Below are positions 17,422 to 28,413 of a stretch of 64,000 bases of DNA, in pieces. Source of the stretch: Candidatus Micrarchaeota archaeon (lineage in GTDB: Archaea; Micrarchaeota; Micrarchaeia; Anstonellales; Bilamarchaeaceae); the NCBI GenBank assembly GCA_040753215.1, contig JBFMEZ010000013.1:69199-133198 (forward strand), given 5' to 3'. A program made the translations under genes and the position numbers. The first letter of the stretch is position 1. Each line of letters starts with the position of its first letter. The notes below the pieces were generated by a model, which was not told where the DNA came from, did not search any database, and worked only from the letters and a program-made list of their open reading frames with translations.

Positions 17422-20400
17422 ATGCAATCAACGCGGACCACGAGGGAGGCCGAACAACCGGCAGAAGCCGGTCCGGTCGTGCCCATACCGGCAGTTTTAC
17501 CGTCCGCACCGCAGATACGCTATGTGCAGTCCACAGAAGACGGGTTGCGCGACACAATAAACTCCCTTGTTGACTTCCTTTCGGGAAGAGGCGTTGTCCC
17601 CGATAATCTTGCAACCGCAATCAGATGGCTCAGGCCGGGTGACTTCAGCGAAACACCCGATATAAATGCATTCATAAATGGCATTAAAGGGCAGCTAGAA
17701 TTGCACTTCGACCCGGACAACGAAGTGCAGAGAATGAGGGTGGAAAGGATAATAGAGGTCATCACCGGGCTTGCACAGGAGTATGCAAGGCAGATGGAGG
17801 TCCTGTCGCCTCCTTCGGTCAGGGTGGGAGAAGCGCTCCAACCCTTAACAGTAGCCCCAACTGATGCATCGCCATTCTCTTTTGTTATAGAGGGAGACAC
17901 CTTCAGGATTACAAACAACAGGTACCTGCCTTTTACAGGAGAGGACCGGGAGAGCATTAAACACATCCTCGAAGCAGCCGTGGGCATGGATTCTGGCGGC
18001 ATGGGGAGAGTGCTCGAACTGGTCGACCGTATGGCAGAGGTGGCAGCAAAAGCGAACATATTCGATACACGAAGCAGGCAGAGGGCTGGCATCGGAGAAG
18101 TTTCCCAGGCGCTTGCCGGAGTGCGCGATGCTTACCAAAAGCTTCTTGGGAAATTGGTAGAGGAAGGGGAGGCCCTCACCGGCCTTGCCGCAGGCGACCC
18201 TGATGCGCTGGGGCGGGAGTCGCTGGGCATCGCGCGGGAAGCTGAGAGGGCCCGGGTTGCGTGCATGGACAGGATTTCAAGGTTTTATTCCGGCTCTGGA
18301 GTAAGCAGCCTGATAAGGGACGTGGAAGAGGTCATCTCCAACCCGACCTATGCCGGTGACCTCGTTTTCTCGGATTTTGAGATAAGCGTTTTCAACTACT
18401 ACAAGCAGCGGTTCGCAGAGATTCTGCCGAGGATGGATGTGCTTAGCCGCAGGTTAGCCGAGCTGGACATGGTCCCAAGCCTCGATTCCCAGCAGCTTAC
18501 GCCCGCAGAAGCGCAGGTATTTGCGAATTTCCTTGAGTTCGCTGGCGCATTTGAGCTGTTCCGTGCAAAAGCCAGGTTTATGACGATATATAACGAGCTG
18601 CTCGAAGAGCAGAACCGCGGCTCGTTCGTAGAGGGGATTGCCGGGCCGAGGGCATACCGCGAGCCGCTAAGCGGCCGGCAGATGGAAAACCTGCTCCTGG
18701 CGATGGAGCCGGTAATGGGCCCCGCCCTGCCCCTTGGCAGTAGGGAGCAGTATGAAGAGCTTCTTGAATTGCGCGGGCCGCTCGAGTTGTACGGCCAGGT
18801 GATGGAAAATGCGGTGGTGCAATCCGTGGCAGAGGCGCTCACCGCATCTGCCGTTCCCGAGGCGGAGAGGATAAATTACGAAGATCTCACTGAACAGGGA
18901 AGGGCGGTTCTTTCAAACCTCCGTGTACACAGGGAGGCCCTGGCCAGGTCCCATGATGCCGTAGGGCTGGGCTCGGTGCTGTACAGGTATGCCAATTACC
19001 TGAGAATGTTTGATGTGGACACTTCAGCGTATTTCGAGCGTTCGGAAACAAGGATGGATGAGGCGCTTGTTTCTGCTGCACTGGAGAGGGGCGATATTCC
19101 GGACCTTCTCTACGAATCCTCAAGATATTTCCTGAAGTACCATGGCACGGAGTTTCTGGTCGCAGTCACCGTGCTCAGCGCCGGCGCGGGAGGCATAGCC
19201 GGCGGCATAAGGGCCGGCGTGCAGGGCCTTTTGGAAGTAGGAAGCGCAGCGGCAAGGGGGGGCTATGCCGCAGCCACCGCGGTCGCTGCAGTGCCTGCCG
19301 CGGTCGTGGCAGGACACGCGCTGTATGATTTTGCGCGCGGTGAATGGGGCGGCAGGGCCTACCAGGACCTGGACATCGCCTCGGCTTTTCTTCTCATGGC
19401 GTCCATGGGCTGGGCCGGAGGGACCGGGCTTGGGGCAAGATTCTTCTCCGCGGGCACGGCAGGGCTCGGGTCAACTGCCATCGGCGCCCACCTTGTGGAA
19501 TCCATAAGCCAGGGAAGGATATACGATGCGCTTTCCGATACGGTCGCCATCGCGGTCGGAAGCACGCTGTTTGTGAAAAGCCTTTCCGGAATAAGGCAAT
19601 ACCGGCTTGCGGGCGAGGCCATGCCTGCCAGCACCGCGAGGGTAAGCGGTCCGTTCGGCCTTGTGGATGTGCAGCTTCCGCACCTCTGGCGCGAACTAGC
19701 ATTCCCCTATACCGCTACCGGCGCCGTAACGATGTTCGCTGGCGCGGCGGCTTTCACGGCGGCTTTTTCTCCTGATACAATCGCGCAGCTGATAGAATCG
19801 CAGGGCATCGGGGAGTACCTTGCAATGCTGAACAGCATGTGCGCGGACTTGGCAAACGAAGGCCCGGTTTTCATGCTTGGCTTCAGGGCACTCGGAACTG
19901 GCGTAAGGGCGGTGAGGGAATGGAGGCTCGCAAGCGGAGAGCGCGGCTTCCGCAGCTCCGTGAGGACGGTGATACGCAACATGGCGCTGGGGGAAACTGG
20001 CGGGAGTTTTGTGGAGATTCCCCTGGGCACGGCCGAAGAGACGATGGCCGCCCTCATAATGCCATCCTCAAACCCCGGGCGGACGTTTGCTGCGCTGCAG
20101 GCGGGCGCAGGGAGCACCGCGATAGATATCGCAACCCGCTATGGCGCAGACCTCACGAACCAGGAATTCTTCCACAGGCTAATGGTTGCTGCGCTTGGGG
20201 ACACGAGGATGACCGCGAGCGGGCTCGTGGATTTCCTGGGCGAGCTGCGGCTCCCCCGCGGCTTCAGGAGACAGCTCAGGCAGTTTGCGGAAGAATTCGT
20301 AACAGCCAACAACCAGCAATGGCAGGCCGCGGAAGCTTTGCTTTCAGGCCAGCCGCTTTCCACGCTCCAGCAAAGGCTTTTCATCGATGCGAACCAGCTT

Positions 20401-21324
20401 GCCCAGCGCCAGCTCTCGGAGGCGAGGATTGCTGCCGGCGCAGCAGGGCTGCCCCTGGTGGTTGGGGGGTGGGGAGCCGTCAGGGTTGCCAGCGCCGTCC
20501 CTGAGGCGGATGCGATACTGGAGCTGAACCGGTTCCTGCAGCAGCTGGAGAGCGACCCCGCTTCCGCCTATTTCTTCAATATGCTCGTGCCCGGCGGGCC
20601 GGAGGCCGGTTTTCCCGGGGTTGACAGGCGCTTCACGACAGCAGACATAAGGTCCGCGCTGGACGATATCGCGATGTTTTTCCAGTCCATAGAAGACGGG
20701 AGTTCGAGGTCAAGCGCCATGGTGAAGGCTATTCTCCCGGATGAATTCAACCGTTTCTGTTTCGTGTATGCATGTGCGCTTTCCCTGCTCTCAAGCAGCG
20801 ACCAGGACATCTCGGGCCTGGATATTCTTGTGGAAGATGCCATCAATTTCCTTGTGGAGGGCATGAGCCTGGGCCTTGACTTCAGTGCCATGAAGCCCAG
20901 CGATTATTTCCTGGCAGCAAACATGGTGCGCAGGGCGCCGGCAGGCCAGCCGATCAGCGATGCCGGGCTTGTTTCCGGTTTTTTGGCAGGCGACCCGGCC
21001 TTTTCAGACCCCCAGTTCGCCAGGGTTTTGCTTGCCGCGCTTTATTACAAGGGTGAAATGCGTGACCCATCGGACCAGCAGTGGGTTCTTGACGCAAGCT
21101 ATTATACTTACTTCAATCTTGTTGACACGCTGACCGGAAGCTCCGAGCAGATTGAGAGGATACACGGCGAGATGATGGTCTCGATGTTCGACAATCCGGA
21201 GTTCTACAGCGCGGAAAGCATGCGCGCCCTTGACAGGCAGGCGCTGATCCTGCTCTGGAGGAATACATGGGACAGGTATCCCGCAAACATCTATGCCCCG
21301 CCTTCATCGGGGACAGGTTTTTAA
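17422..21324 (+). CDS. Giant orphan protein (1300 aa) with central Gly/Ala-rich hydrophobic helices
   Basis: Uninterrupted 3.9-kb ORF with several TM-like segments at about aa 575-810. Confidence 0.7.
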   Translation: MQSTRTTREAEQPAEAGPVVPIPAVLPSAPQIRYVQSTEDGLRDTINSLVDFLSGRGVVPDNLATAIRWLRPGDFSETPDINAFINGIKGQLELHFDPDNEVQRMRVERIIEVITGLAQEYARQMEVLSPPSVRVGEALQPLTVAPTDASPFSFVIEGDTFRITNNRYLPFTGEDRESIKHILEAAVGMDSGGMGRVLELVDRMAEVAAKANIFDTRSRQRAGIGEVSQALAGVRDAYQKLLGKLVEEGEALTGLAAGDPDALGRESLGIAREAERARVACMDRISRFYSGSGVSSLIRDVEEVISNPTYAGDLVFSDFEISVFNYYKQRFAEILPRMDVLSRRLAELDMVPSLDSQQLTPAEAQVFANFLEFAGAFELFRAKARFMTIYNELLEEQNRGSFVEGIAGPRAYREPLSGRQMENLLLAMEPVMGPALPLGSREQYEELLELRGPLELYGQVMENAVVQSVAEALTASAVPEAERINYEDLTEQGRAVLSNLRVHREALARSHDAVGLGSVLYRYANYLRMFDVDTSAYFERSETRMDEALVSAALERGDIPDLLYESSRYFLKYHGTEFLVAVTVLSAGAGGIAGGIRAGVQGLLEVGSAAARGGYAAATAVAAVPAAVVAGHALYDFARGEWGGRAYQDLDIASAFLLMASMGWAGGTGLGARFFSAGTAGLGSTAIGAHLVESISQGRIYDALSDTVAIAVGSTLFVKSLSGIRQYRLAGEAMPASTARVSGPFGLVDVQLPHLWRELAFPYTATGAVTMFAGAAAFTAAFSPDTIAQLIESQGIGEYLAMLNSMCADLANEGPVFMLGFRALGTGVRAVREWRLASGERGFRSSVRTVIRNMALGETGGSFVEIPLGTAEETMAALIMPSSNPGRTFAALQAGAGSTAIDIATRYGADLTNQEFFHRLMVAALGDTRMTASGLVDFLGELRLPRGFRRQLRQFAEEFVTANNQQWQAAEALLSGQPLSTLQQRLFIDANQLAQRQLSEARIAAGAAGLPLVVGGWGAVRVASAVPEADAILELNRFLQQLESDPASAYFFNMLVPGGPEAGFPGVDRRFTTADIRSALDDIAMFFQSIEDGSSRSSAMVKAILPDEFNRFCFVYACALSLLSSSDQDISGLDILVEDAINFLVEGMSLGLDFSAMKPSDYFLAANMVRRAPAGQPISDAGLVSGFLAGDPAFSDPQFARVLLAALYYKGEMRDPSDQQWVLDASYYTYFNLVDTLTGSSEQIERIHGEMMVSMFDNPEFYSAESMRALDRQALILLWRNTWDRYPANIYAPPSSGTGF

Positions 21325-21373
21325 ATTAATTTGTGCATTTATACGAACACATTTCAACAATTTAGCCGATGTG

Positions 21374-23944
21374 ATGCACATGCCCAAGCAATGCGAAAAG
21401 GCCGCAAAAAAAGAGGATGGCGGGGGAAAAGAGGCCGCGCCCCCGATACGCCAGCCTCTCGCCAATACCCGCGCCGCGAAGGTGGCGGCGGCAATCCTCA
21501 GCATCTCCGTACCTTCCACAGCCGCAGCACCAGTTTCTTTTTTAAACCCTTACAGAGCCGATACTATAGGTGAAGGTATGCAATCCCAAAGGCAGGCTCC
21601 CCGCACAATAGACAGGCAGTTGGTGGAGAACATCCAGCGTGGTTTTGACGCACTCGTCCCCGGCGACTCAAACGTCGCAACAGTGAACAGGAATACTGAA
21701 GACAGGGATGCGGTCGTGAACAACGTGCGCAAGTTCATAGAGCTCCTGAGGGGGGAGAGGGATTCCCTTTTCGGCATAAGCGCTTCCGACGTGAGCGACG
21801 CTGCGGCCAGATATGCGCGTTTTGATGATGTGGAAAAGAACCTCTTCATCCAGGGCCTGGTATCCGTCGTGGCAGCGCAATTCACGACCCGGGGCGGGAC
21901 CGCCCGCGATGCGCTACACGATGCCCTCTTAGGCAACCTGGACACGAGCGCTTCGGGAAACATTTTTGACTATGTGGCCGCCAATGCGGCGGTGGCGCGC
22001 ATGATGGGCGCAGCCATCCAGAGGGTTGCAGAGGCACTTGTTCCCCACGCGGAAGTGGTTCCTGTTCCGCAGACGGTTGCGCTCTCCCTTGAGGAAGGCG
22101 GAGGTCCCGTAGTCATAGACGTCTCTACTGAAGAGCTTGAGGCGCTCGCGGACGAGGAGGGAATAGACCCGGCGGAATTCGGCATAACGGACTCCCCCGA
22201 AGAGAACCTCCAGTTGAGCCTTGCATTCCTCTACATCCAGCAGTTCCCGGCGCTGCTTGAGCAGGCCATGAGCGAAGGCCCTGTGGACCAGAACACATTC
22301 GCCCGCATTTACGAAGTCATCCTTGAGCAGGGGCAGGCCATGGCGGCACGCCCCGAATTCGGAGGGCAGCAGCTCCAGCTCGCCGGCGTAAGCGAGAAGA
22401 TGATGCTTGGCTTGGGGATACTGGGTGGTTCGGCATTGTTTGATTATTTCAGGTACAGGTACGAACCAATATCCGTGAGGGAGTTCAGGTCCTTCCTGGG
22501 CAACATTGTTTCTGCACTAAAGGCGAAGCACGGGATTGAGGGCGCAGCCGCGGCGGGGGAAAGCAGGATTGTCACGGAGGGAGGCGAGGCAGCCACCGGA
22601 GCCGCCCGGGCGGCCAGTGTTGAAGCGTTCAACCGTGACCTGCAGAAGCTGCAGAGGCTCCTGAGGGAAGCTCCTACGACCGGCAACACAATGGACGATA
22701 TAATACGTGAAATGGGTTTCAGCGGGGAAACGGCAGAGAATCTCATGCTCAGGCCGGTCACCGGAGCGAGGGCCGCAAGGGCTGCAACCGGAACAACCGC
22801 CGAGGCGGTTATCCGCATAGAGAGCGGCCATCTGGACAGGCTTATCGGCCAGCAGAGATTTCTTGGGACCGATGCTGCGAGCTACCGTTTGAGGCTTTCC
22901 GGGCAGGATATGGTGCTGCAAAGGCAGATACAGTCGCTGTCGGTTGCCGCAGGCGCGTCTCCCATCGAAAGGATTCTTATAGAGCCCGCCATGAGGGTGA
23001 GGGATGCGTGGCTGGCGTTCCAGGCGGGCAGGTCTTTCCGCACCGGAGCCGCTGTCGGGTGGGAGGCGGTAAGCTTCCTTCCGCGTGTCAGCGTAAGGGG
23101 GCTTGGCGAAATATGGAGTTTTGGCGCCGAGAGCGCAAGGGTGAGATGGGGTGTAAGGGCAGCAGTCGTATTCGGCCTTTGGGAAGCAGCATACCGCTTC
23201 CACCTTACAGATGACCAGCCTCCGATAATTGACTGGGCGGTTAGCGCCATGCCCGGTGTAGGCCCCAGGTCGGAAGGAGGGGGGGCAGGAGCGCCTGCAG
23301 CCGCGCCGCGGGGAAGGGCGCCGAGTGCCGTAGCCCCGGCTCGCGCCCGTCCATCCGCACCAGCACCGGTTTCCCGCGCCCCCGGGGAACCAGCGGAGGC
23401 GGCGCCCGGTGCAGCAGCTCCAGCAGCAGCGCGCGCACCCGGACCGATCGAATCATTCGGCGAGCTGCAGAGGGCCCTGTTCAGCGTGCCAGGCCACCCG
23501 TACAGTGGCGAGATAGGGAGTTACGTCCGCGAGGTGATGTGGGCAGAGGGCTCTGCCCTCGAGGGGCAGGCAAGGGACAGCCAGCTCGCAGGCGCCGCAT
23601 ACCGCCACATAACCACGAGGGTCGGGATGGCGAACCCGCAGACCTGGGAGGATGCGCAGAGGGAGATAAGCAATGCGTTCTCCGAATGGAACAATTATGC
23701 GAAGCTCTCGGATTTCCTTTCAGGGATACCCGGCAGCTCGGGAGTCCTTGATTACATGAACGGAATATTGTTCGCGGCCGGCTCTCCATTGGCACCGGAA
23801 ACCGTAAGCAGCGAAACCACCAGCGCCGCATACTCTTTCATACTCGGGAGACTGAGGAGCGCAAACCCCGGGAGCTGGGACGCCGCAAAGAGGGAATTCG
23901 AATCCGCATTCACTGCGTGGAAAGCCACGCAGGCCACGCAGTAA
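21374..23944 (+). CDS. Large orphan membrane/secreted protein with Pro/Ala linker and two C-terminal ~75-aa repeats
   Basis: N-terminal hydrophobic segment; repeats ending ANPQTWEDAQREISNAFSEW and ANPGSWDAAKREFESAFTAW. Confidence 0.7.
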   Translation: MHMPKQCEKAAKKEDGGGKEAAPPIRQPLANTRAAKVAAAILSISVPSTAAAPVSFLNPYRADTIGEGMQSQRQAPRTIDRQLVENIQRGFDALVPGDSNVATVNRNTEDRDAVVNNVRKFIELLRGERDSLFGISASDVSDAAARYARFDDVEKNLFIQGLVSVVAAQFTTRGGTARDALHDALLGNLDTSASGNIFDYVAANAAVARMMGAAIQRVAEALVPHAEVVPVPQTVALSLEEGGGPVVIDVSTEELEALADEEGIDPAEFGITDSPEENLQLSLAFLYIQQFPALLEQAMSEGPVDQNTFARIYEVILEQGQAMAARPEFGGQQLQLAGVSEKMMLGLGILGGSALFDYFRYRYEPISVREFRSFLGNIVSALKAKHGIEGAAAAGESRIVTEGGEAATGAARAASVEAFNRDLQKLQRLLREAPTTGNTMDDIIREMGFSGETAENLMLRPVTGARAARAATGTTAEAVIRIESGHLDRLIGQQRFLGTDAASYRLRLSGQDMVLQRQIQSLSVAAGASPIERILIEPAMRVRDAWLAFQAGRSFRTGAAVGWEAVSFLPRVSVRGLGEIWSFGAESARVRWGVRAAVVFGLWEAAYRFHLTDDQPPIIDWAVSAMPGVGPRSEGGGAGAPAAAPRGRAPSAVAPARARPSAPAPVSRAPGEPAEAAPGAAAPAAARAPGPIESFGELQRALFSVPGHPYSGEIGSYVREVMWAEGSALEGQARDSQLAGAAYRHITTRVGMANPQTWEDAQREISNAFSEWNNYAKLSDFLSGIPGSSGVLDYMNGILFAAGSPLAPETVSSETTSAAYSFILGRLRSANPGSWDAAKREFESAFTAWKATQATQ

Positions 23945-23950
23945 TGCTCT

Positions 23951-26911
23951 TTACCTTATTATCTTGTACATTTTGACTTCCCCGCCCGGAGTCTTGTACA
24001 CAAGCTCAAACCCGGGCAGGCTCTCCAGCACGAACGCGTTGTAGAGGTTGGAATCGTAGAACTTCCCCTTCCTGTCCTCCCAGCCGTCCTTCAGCTCCCC
24101 GTTCTCCACCCATATCCTGTCCTTCGTATAGAGGGATGTATAGACATTAACGCCGTTCGCATCCGTCCCATCGTACGAAAGAAGGGCCTTGTTCAGCTTC
24201 AGCTCCCCGTTCTCGTATTTCCGGTCCAGGTAATAAGTGCCTGTGATGCTCCGGCCGTCGGCAAGCGTGACGTCCCCTACGCAGTAGGTGGGCGCGGGCG
24301 TGAGCTGCCCTGCACCTGAAACCCCGGGCACCCATTTCAGCGCGTACCCCACGATGCCCTTCTTCCCGGAAAGCGGAGAAATCACGCACTCCTGCGCCTG
24401 CATCCCCGTGGGGACATAAAGCTGCTCCCACAGGTGCTCGAATTCGCACAGGGAATCCCCGGGGTTCTGGTTCACGCCCGTCTCGTTGTTCCTCGAGCAC
24501 GAGAGGTAATTCAGCGCCCCGTACTTCCCGCCGAAGGTTATCTTGCCGTCCGGCCTCATGGACCCTATAACCTCCTGGTCGAAGAACACGTACTCCGAAT
24601 CATGGGAAAGCATGAAGTCCCTCAGCTCCTCCGGAGTCCCGTAAATGAAGCCGTGCGCAACCTCCAGAATCATCTGCAGGGACGCATGCTCGTTCCTGAG
24701 CACGGTGTTCCTCTGGCCGAAATAGTTCGTCCAGTGCCCGTAGTCCCACCATGAGGTGAAGCGCGCATTCCCAGGGGTGTTCCTCTCCATCCACTCCATT
24801 ATGTTAATCCAGTAATCATCTATCCTCATGAAGCACCTGTACTGCACCGCGATTGCCTCGTCCTGCGTTATCGAAGCGGGGTTGCTTATCATGGAATAGC
24901 CGCACACGTTCGGGTCGTACTGGTAATTCACGCCCCGGTTGGCAAAACCCACGGGGTCCCTTGCGGCAAGGCATATCGGGTCGCTGCCAGTGCCCATGGG
25001 GTCTATCTGCGCGCACACGGCCCTCAGCTTCGCCTGCGCACCCAGGGGGTTGTCCTGGAACCTGTCCTCGAACGAGGTCATCAGGAGCACCTTCCCTATC
25101 CCGCCCAGCGCGGTGAACTGGAAATATGCAAAAAGCGCTCCCAGCAGCACGAGCCCCATGAACGCATAACTAACCCATTTCTTCCTCTCATCCTCATCCT
25201 TCACGCCCTTCGCCCTAAGCTCAGCCACATCAAAGGCCTCGCCGAGCACAACTCCAAGTGCAGCCGCAGTGGCAAACCCCAGGTATATCGTATATTTTGT
25301 CTTCAGCATCCCGACTATCGAAATCGGGAAGATGAGCGCGATGAAAAGCAGCGGAAGCCGCAAATCCTTAAACGCAACCTTCCTGTATGCCGAATGCGCA
25401 AGCGCAAGAATGGCAAAGAAGAATATGAGAAGGAGCATGCTGTTCGCCTTCTCCGTGTATGCAATGCCCGCGCCGAACGCAGTGTCCACGAACCACACGG
25501 CGGCCCCCATGATTGCATTCACGGCCGCGGACGGGATTGCGAACAGGAGCGCGGCAGCCCCGTCAAAAACCATCGCCGCAAACCCCAGCGTACCCTGGAA
25601 CTCGGTCCCCGCAACCCCCTGCTCCGCGATGGTTTTCTGCAGCGGGTTGAGGAATTTCGCAATCCCCAGGGAGCCGCTCGCGAGCCCGGATACGGATGCT
25701 CCCACCGGGGTGAATGCGAACACGAGCAGCCCGGCGAGAAGGAGCGCCCCAACCGCATAGGTGGCGGTCTCAGCATCCTTCACCCTCTCCCGCACAAGCT
25801 CAAGCGCGACCGCGAACGCGTAGGCCCCGAAAAGCCCGAGCATCGCACCTCCGAAAAGGCCACCGAAGGAGAATGCGCCAGCCCTGAAGGACTCGTTCAG
25901 CACCGTTGCCAGCGCCGCGCCGCCTATCACAATCCCGTTCAGGACGGTGAACTCCCTCCCCTCCTCCTTCATGAAGAAGAGGAATAGCGCCTGCAGCGGG
26001 ATGAAGATTATGAGGGCGGCGGTTATCACTATGGACGAGCCCGAGCCCAGCATAGTCGCGAGGAACGCGAGCGCGGCCAGCCCGGCAAAGGCCCTGTCCT
26101 TCCGCTTTATCGCAAGCGCATACATCGCGAAGAAGAATGAGAGCGCAAAGAACGCATAGGGCTGTATTTCGCTCTCGCCGGCAAGCGTTTTCATCAGGTA
26201 CATCGGGATGAAGGAAAACACCGCGGCGGCGATTATCCCGAATTCCCTTCTGTATTCCGCGGAGATGAACAGTGCGGAGAAGAATACCGCGAGCGCGGCG
26301 AGAACGGGCGGGAAGCTTCCCGCAAGGTCGGAGAACAGATATTTTTCATACTCCCCTCCGGAGGCGTACATCGTGTATGCGATTGCTTCGGGGTAGGCCT
26401 TAAGCGGCACGCCCCTGTGGCTGACCTGCATCGGATACCACGCGGTCCCGTCGCTCAGGGGGTTCCCGCCCTCATCTATTATCTGGTGCGACACGAACAT
26501 GTAATAATACGGGTCAAGCTCCATGAATATGGGGCTGTGCGTCTGTATCCTGACCCAGAAGGTGATTATCATGAGCAGCGCAAGCGCCGCGGAGGAGGCC
26601 ATAAGCACCGGCTGCGGCGGAAGCGCGAGCTGCTCCCACCCCCTCTCTTTCACAAAAACCGCAATAGCAATAAGGTAGAATACGCCCACAAAGAGGAGCG
26701 CGCTCCCGTAATTGAACTGCACCCCGAAAACCATGAACATCAGGAAGGAAATCAGCGCCGGCACCACCATCCCGATGCCCATCCCTATCCCGGCCTTGTC
26801 GAAAAGGGGGAGGTCCTTCTTCTTCAGGAGCCCGAGGGAGAAAATGATCCCCGGAATGAAAAAACCTATGAACATTACCAGCAGCAGATACAGTGGGCTG
26901 AATACTATCAT
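23951..26911 (-). CDS. aglB: Oligosaccharyltransferase (STT3 family)
   Basis: Multi-TM; ELDPYY, TIAEQ and SWWDYGHW motifs. Confidence 0.9.
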   Translation of the reverse strand: MIVFSPLYLLLVMFIGFFIPGIIFSLGLLKKKDLPLFDKAGIGMGIGMVVPALISFLMFMVFGVQFNYGSALLFVGVFYLIAIAVFVKERGWEQLALPPQPVLMASSAALALLMIITFWVRIQTHSPIFMELDPYYYMFVSHQIIDEGGNPLSDGTAWYPMQVSHRGVPLKAYPEAIAYTMYASGGEYEKYLFSDLAGSFPPVLAALAVFFSALFISAEYRREFGIIAAAVFSFIPMYLMKTLAGESEIQPYAFFALSFFFAMYALAIKRKDRAFAGLAALAFLATMLGSGSSIVITAALIIFIPLQALFLFFMKEEGREFTVLNGIVIGGAALATVLNESFRAGAFSFGGLFGGAMLGLFGAYAFAVALELVRERVKDAETATYAVGALLLAGLLVFAFTPVGASVSGLASGSLGIAKFLNPLQKTIAEQGVAGTEFQGTLGFAAMVFDGAAALLFAIPSAAVNAIMGAAVWFVDTAFGAGIAYTEKANSMLLLIFFFAILALAHSAYRKVAFKDLRLPLLFIALIFPISIVGMLKTKYTIYLGFATAAALGVVLGEAFDVAELRAKGVKDEDERKKWVSYAFMGLVLLGALFAYFQFTALGGIGKVLLMTSFEDRFQDNPLGAQAKLRAVCAQIDPMGTGSDPICLAARDPVGFANRGVNYQYDPNVCGYSMISNPASITQDEAIAVQYRCFMRIDDYWINIMEWMERNTPGNARFTSWWDYGHWTNYFGQRNTVLRNEHASLQMILEVAHGFIYGTPEELRDFMLSHDSEYVFFDQEVIGSMRPDGKITFGGKYGALNYLSCSRNNETGVNQNPGDSLCEFEHLWEQLYVPTGMQAQECVISPLSGKKGIVGYALKWVPGVSGAGQLTPAPTYCVGDVTLADGRSITGTYYLDRKYENGELKLNKALLSYDGTDANGVNVYTSLYTKDRIWVENGELKDGWEDRKGKFYDSNLYNAFVLESLPGFELVYKTPGGEVKMYKIIR

Positions 26912-26970
26912 CAGAAATCCCCGGAGTAATCTGTAGGAAAAAGGTTAAAAAGCAGAGCAGGCGCCTTCAC

Positions 26971-27195
26971 GAGCCTGTTGCAAATTACGGCGTAATCCCT
27001 GTGGTCTCCGGGTCCCGGGGGTCTTGGAGTCTGGTGAACCTCCACGGCCTAAACAGACTGTCCGGCAATTGGTCTCAGAACCAGATGTAATGATAGGCCG
27101 AGCCGTGGAGGTTCAGTGAAGTCTTGAGTTGTCCTGAGGGTCCTGAAAGTCACACAAGACCTGAAGACCATGCAGGACTTGGAGACAACAGCCTA
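26971..27195. mobile_element. MITE copy 1 (right end degenerate; nested 81-bp palindromic insert at 27035-27115)
   Basis: Starts gagcctgttgcaaatt; body nearly identical to 46246-46443. Confidence 0.85.
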
Positions 27196-27197
27196 CT

Positions 27198-28295
27198 TCA
27201 CATGAACTGGTCTATCATGTCCCCGGGCACGGTTGTGCCGGCTGCAGCGACCATCTGCTGCGCCTGACCAGGGGTGCTCGCCTGCCCGAAGAGGTTCGGC
27301 GATTTCACTCCGGTCACAATCGCGGTTACGCGCACGCCCTCCATGTAGGAATCCGAAATCCTCGCGCCCATCTTCACGCCCGCCTCGTCCGCGAATCCCG
27401 ACGAAACGCCCTCGCCTATCTGTATGGCCTCCCCGAGGGTTAGCTTCTGCCCGGCCTCTATGTGGATGAGCGCGCCAGTCGCGCCTTCGTAATCCACGTC
27501 CAGCAGCGGGTGCTGCAGGGTGTTCGTGATTGCATTCTTCACAAAATCCGAGCCGTTTCCCTCGCCGATGGAAATCATGGCCAGCCCGCCGTTCTTCATC
27601 ACGGTCTTAACATCCGCATAATCCACATTTATTAGCGACGGGAACACGATGGTGTCCGCAATCCCCCTCACCGCCCTCGCCGCGACCTCATCCGCGAGCT
27701 CCAGCGCCCTGTTAAGCGGAAGGTTCGGCGCATACCCCAGCAGCCTGTTGTTGTCAATGACTATTACCGTGTCCGCCTCCTTCAGGAGCTCATTCAGCCC
27801 CTCCCTCGCCTTCTTTACGCGCACGCGCTCTATGTTGAACGGGAAGGTCACAACGCCGACCACTATGGCGCCCTGCTCCTTCGCCACCCGCGCAAGGATT
27901 GGCGCGGAGCCGGTCCCGGTCCCGCCCCCCATGCCCGCTAGCACGAACACTATTTCGTTCTCCCCGATAAGGTCCCTGAGCCTGTCTATGTCCGCTTCCG
28001 CGCACTTCCGCGCAACGGACGGCTCCCCGCCGGCCCCGAGGCCTCTGGTTATCTTGTACCCGAGTACGAGCTTCTTGTGCGCCTTGGTGATTTTCAGGTG
28101 CGCTGCATCCGTATTTACCGCAATCGTTTTCGCGCTCTTTATGCCCTGCTGCGTAATCCTGGAAACGGAGTTGCATCCCGCGCCACCGGCGCCGATTACC
28201 GCAATCCTCACGCCCGAAGGGTCGAACTCTTTCGCCTCAGGAGCAGAACCAGCCTTCTTCCCTTCCTCCACGACGTCCTTAACGAGGTCCATCAT
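27198..28295 (-). CDS. ftsZ: Cell division protein FtsZ
   Basis: GAGGAGCN, GLGAGG, GMGGGTGTGSAP, INVDYADV. Confidence 0.97.
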   Translation of the reverse strand: MMDLVKDVVEEGKKAGSAPEAKEFDPSGVRIAVIGAGGAGCNSVSRITQQGIKSAKTIAVNTDAAHLKITKAHKKLVLGYKITRGLGAGGEPSVARKCAEADIDRLRDLIGENEIVFVLAGMGGGTGTGSAPILARVAKEQGAIVVGVVTFPFNIERVRVKKAREGLNELLKEADTVIVIDNNRLLGYAPNLPLNRALELADEVAARAVRGIADTIVFPSLINVDYADVKTVMKNGGLAMISIGEGNGSDFVKNAITNTLQHPLLDVDYEGATGALIHIEAGQKLTLGEAIQIGEGVSSGFADEAGVKMGARISDSYMEGVRVTAIVTGVKSPNLFGQASTPGQAQQMVAAAGTTVPGDMIDQFM

Positions 28296-28413
28296 AGCAG
28301 CACCGCTAATAGATGCACAATTAGATTTTTAAGGGATTGCAAAATCCGGAAGAATAAAATGAAAATAAAAATCAAAGGAAGGGCAGGAGAAAACTCCTGC
28401 CCGTTTCATATAT

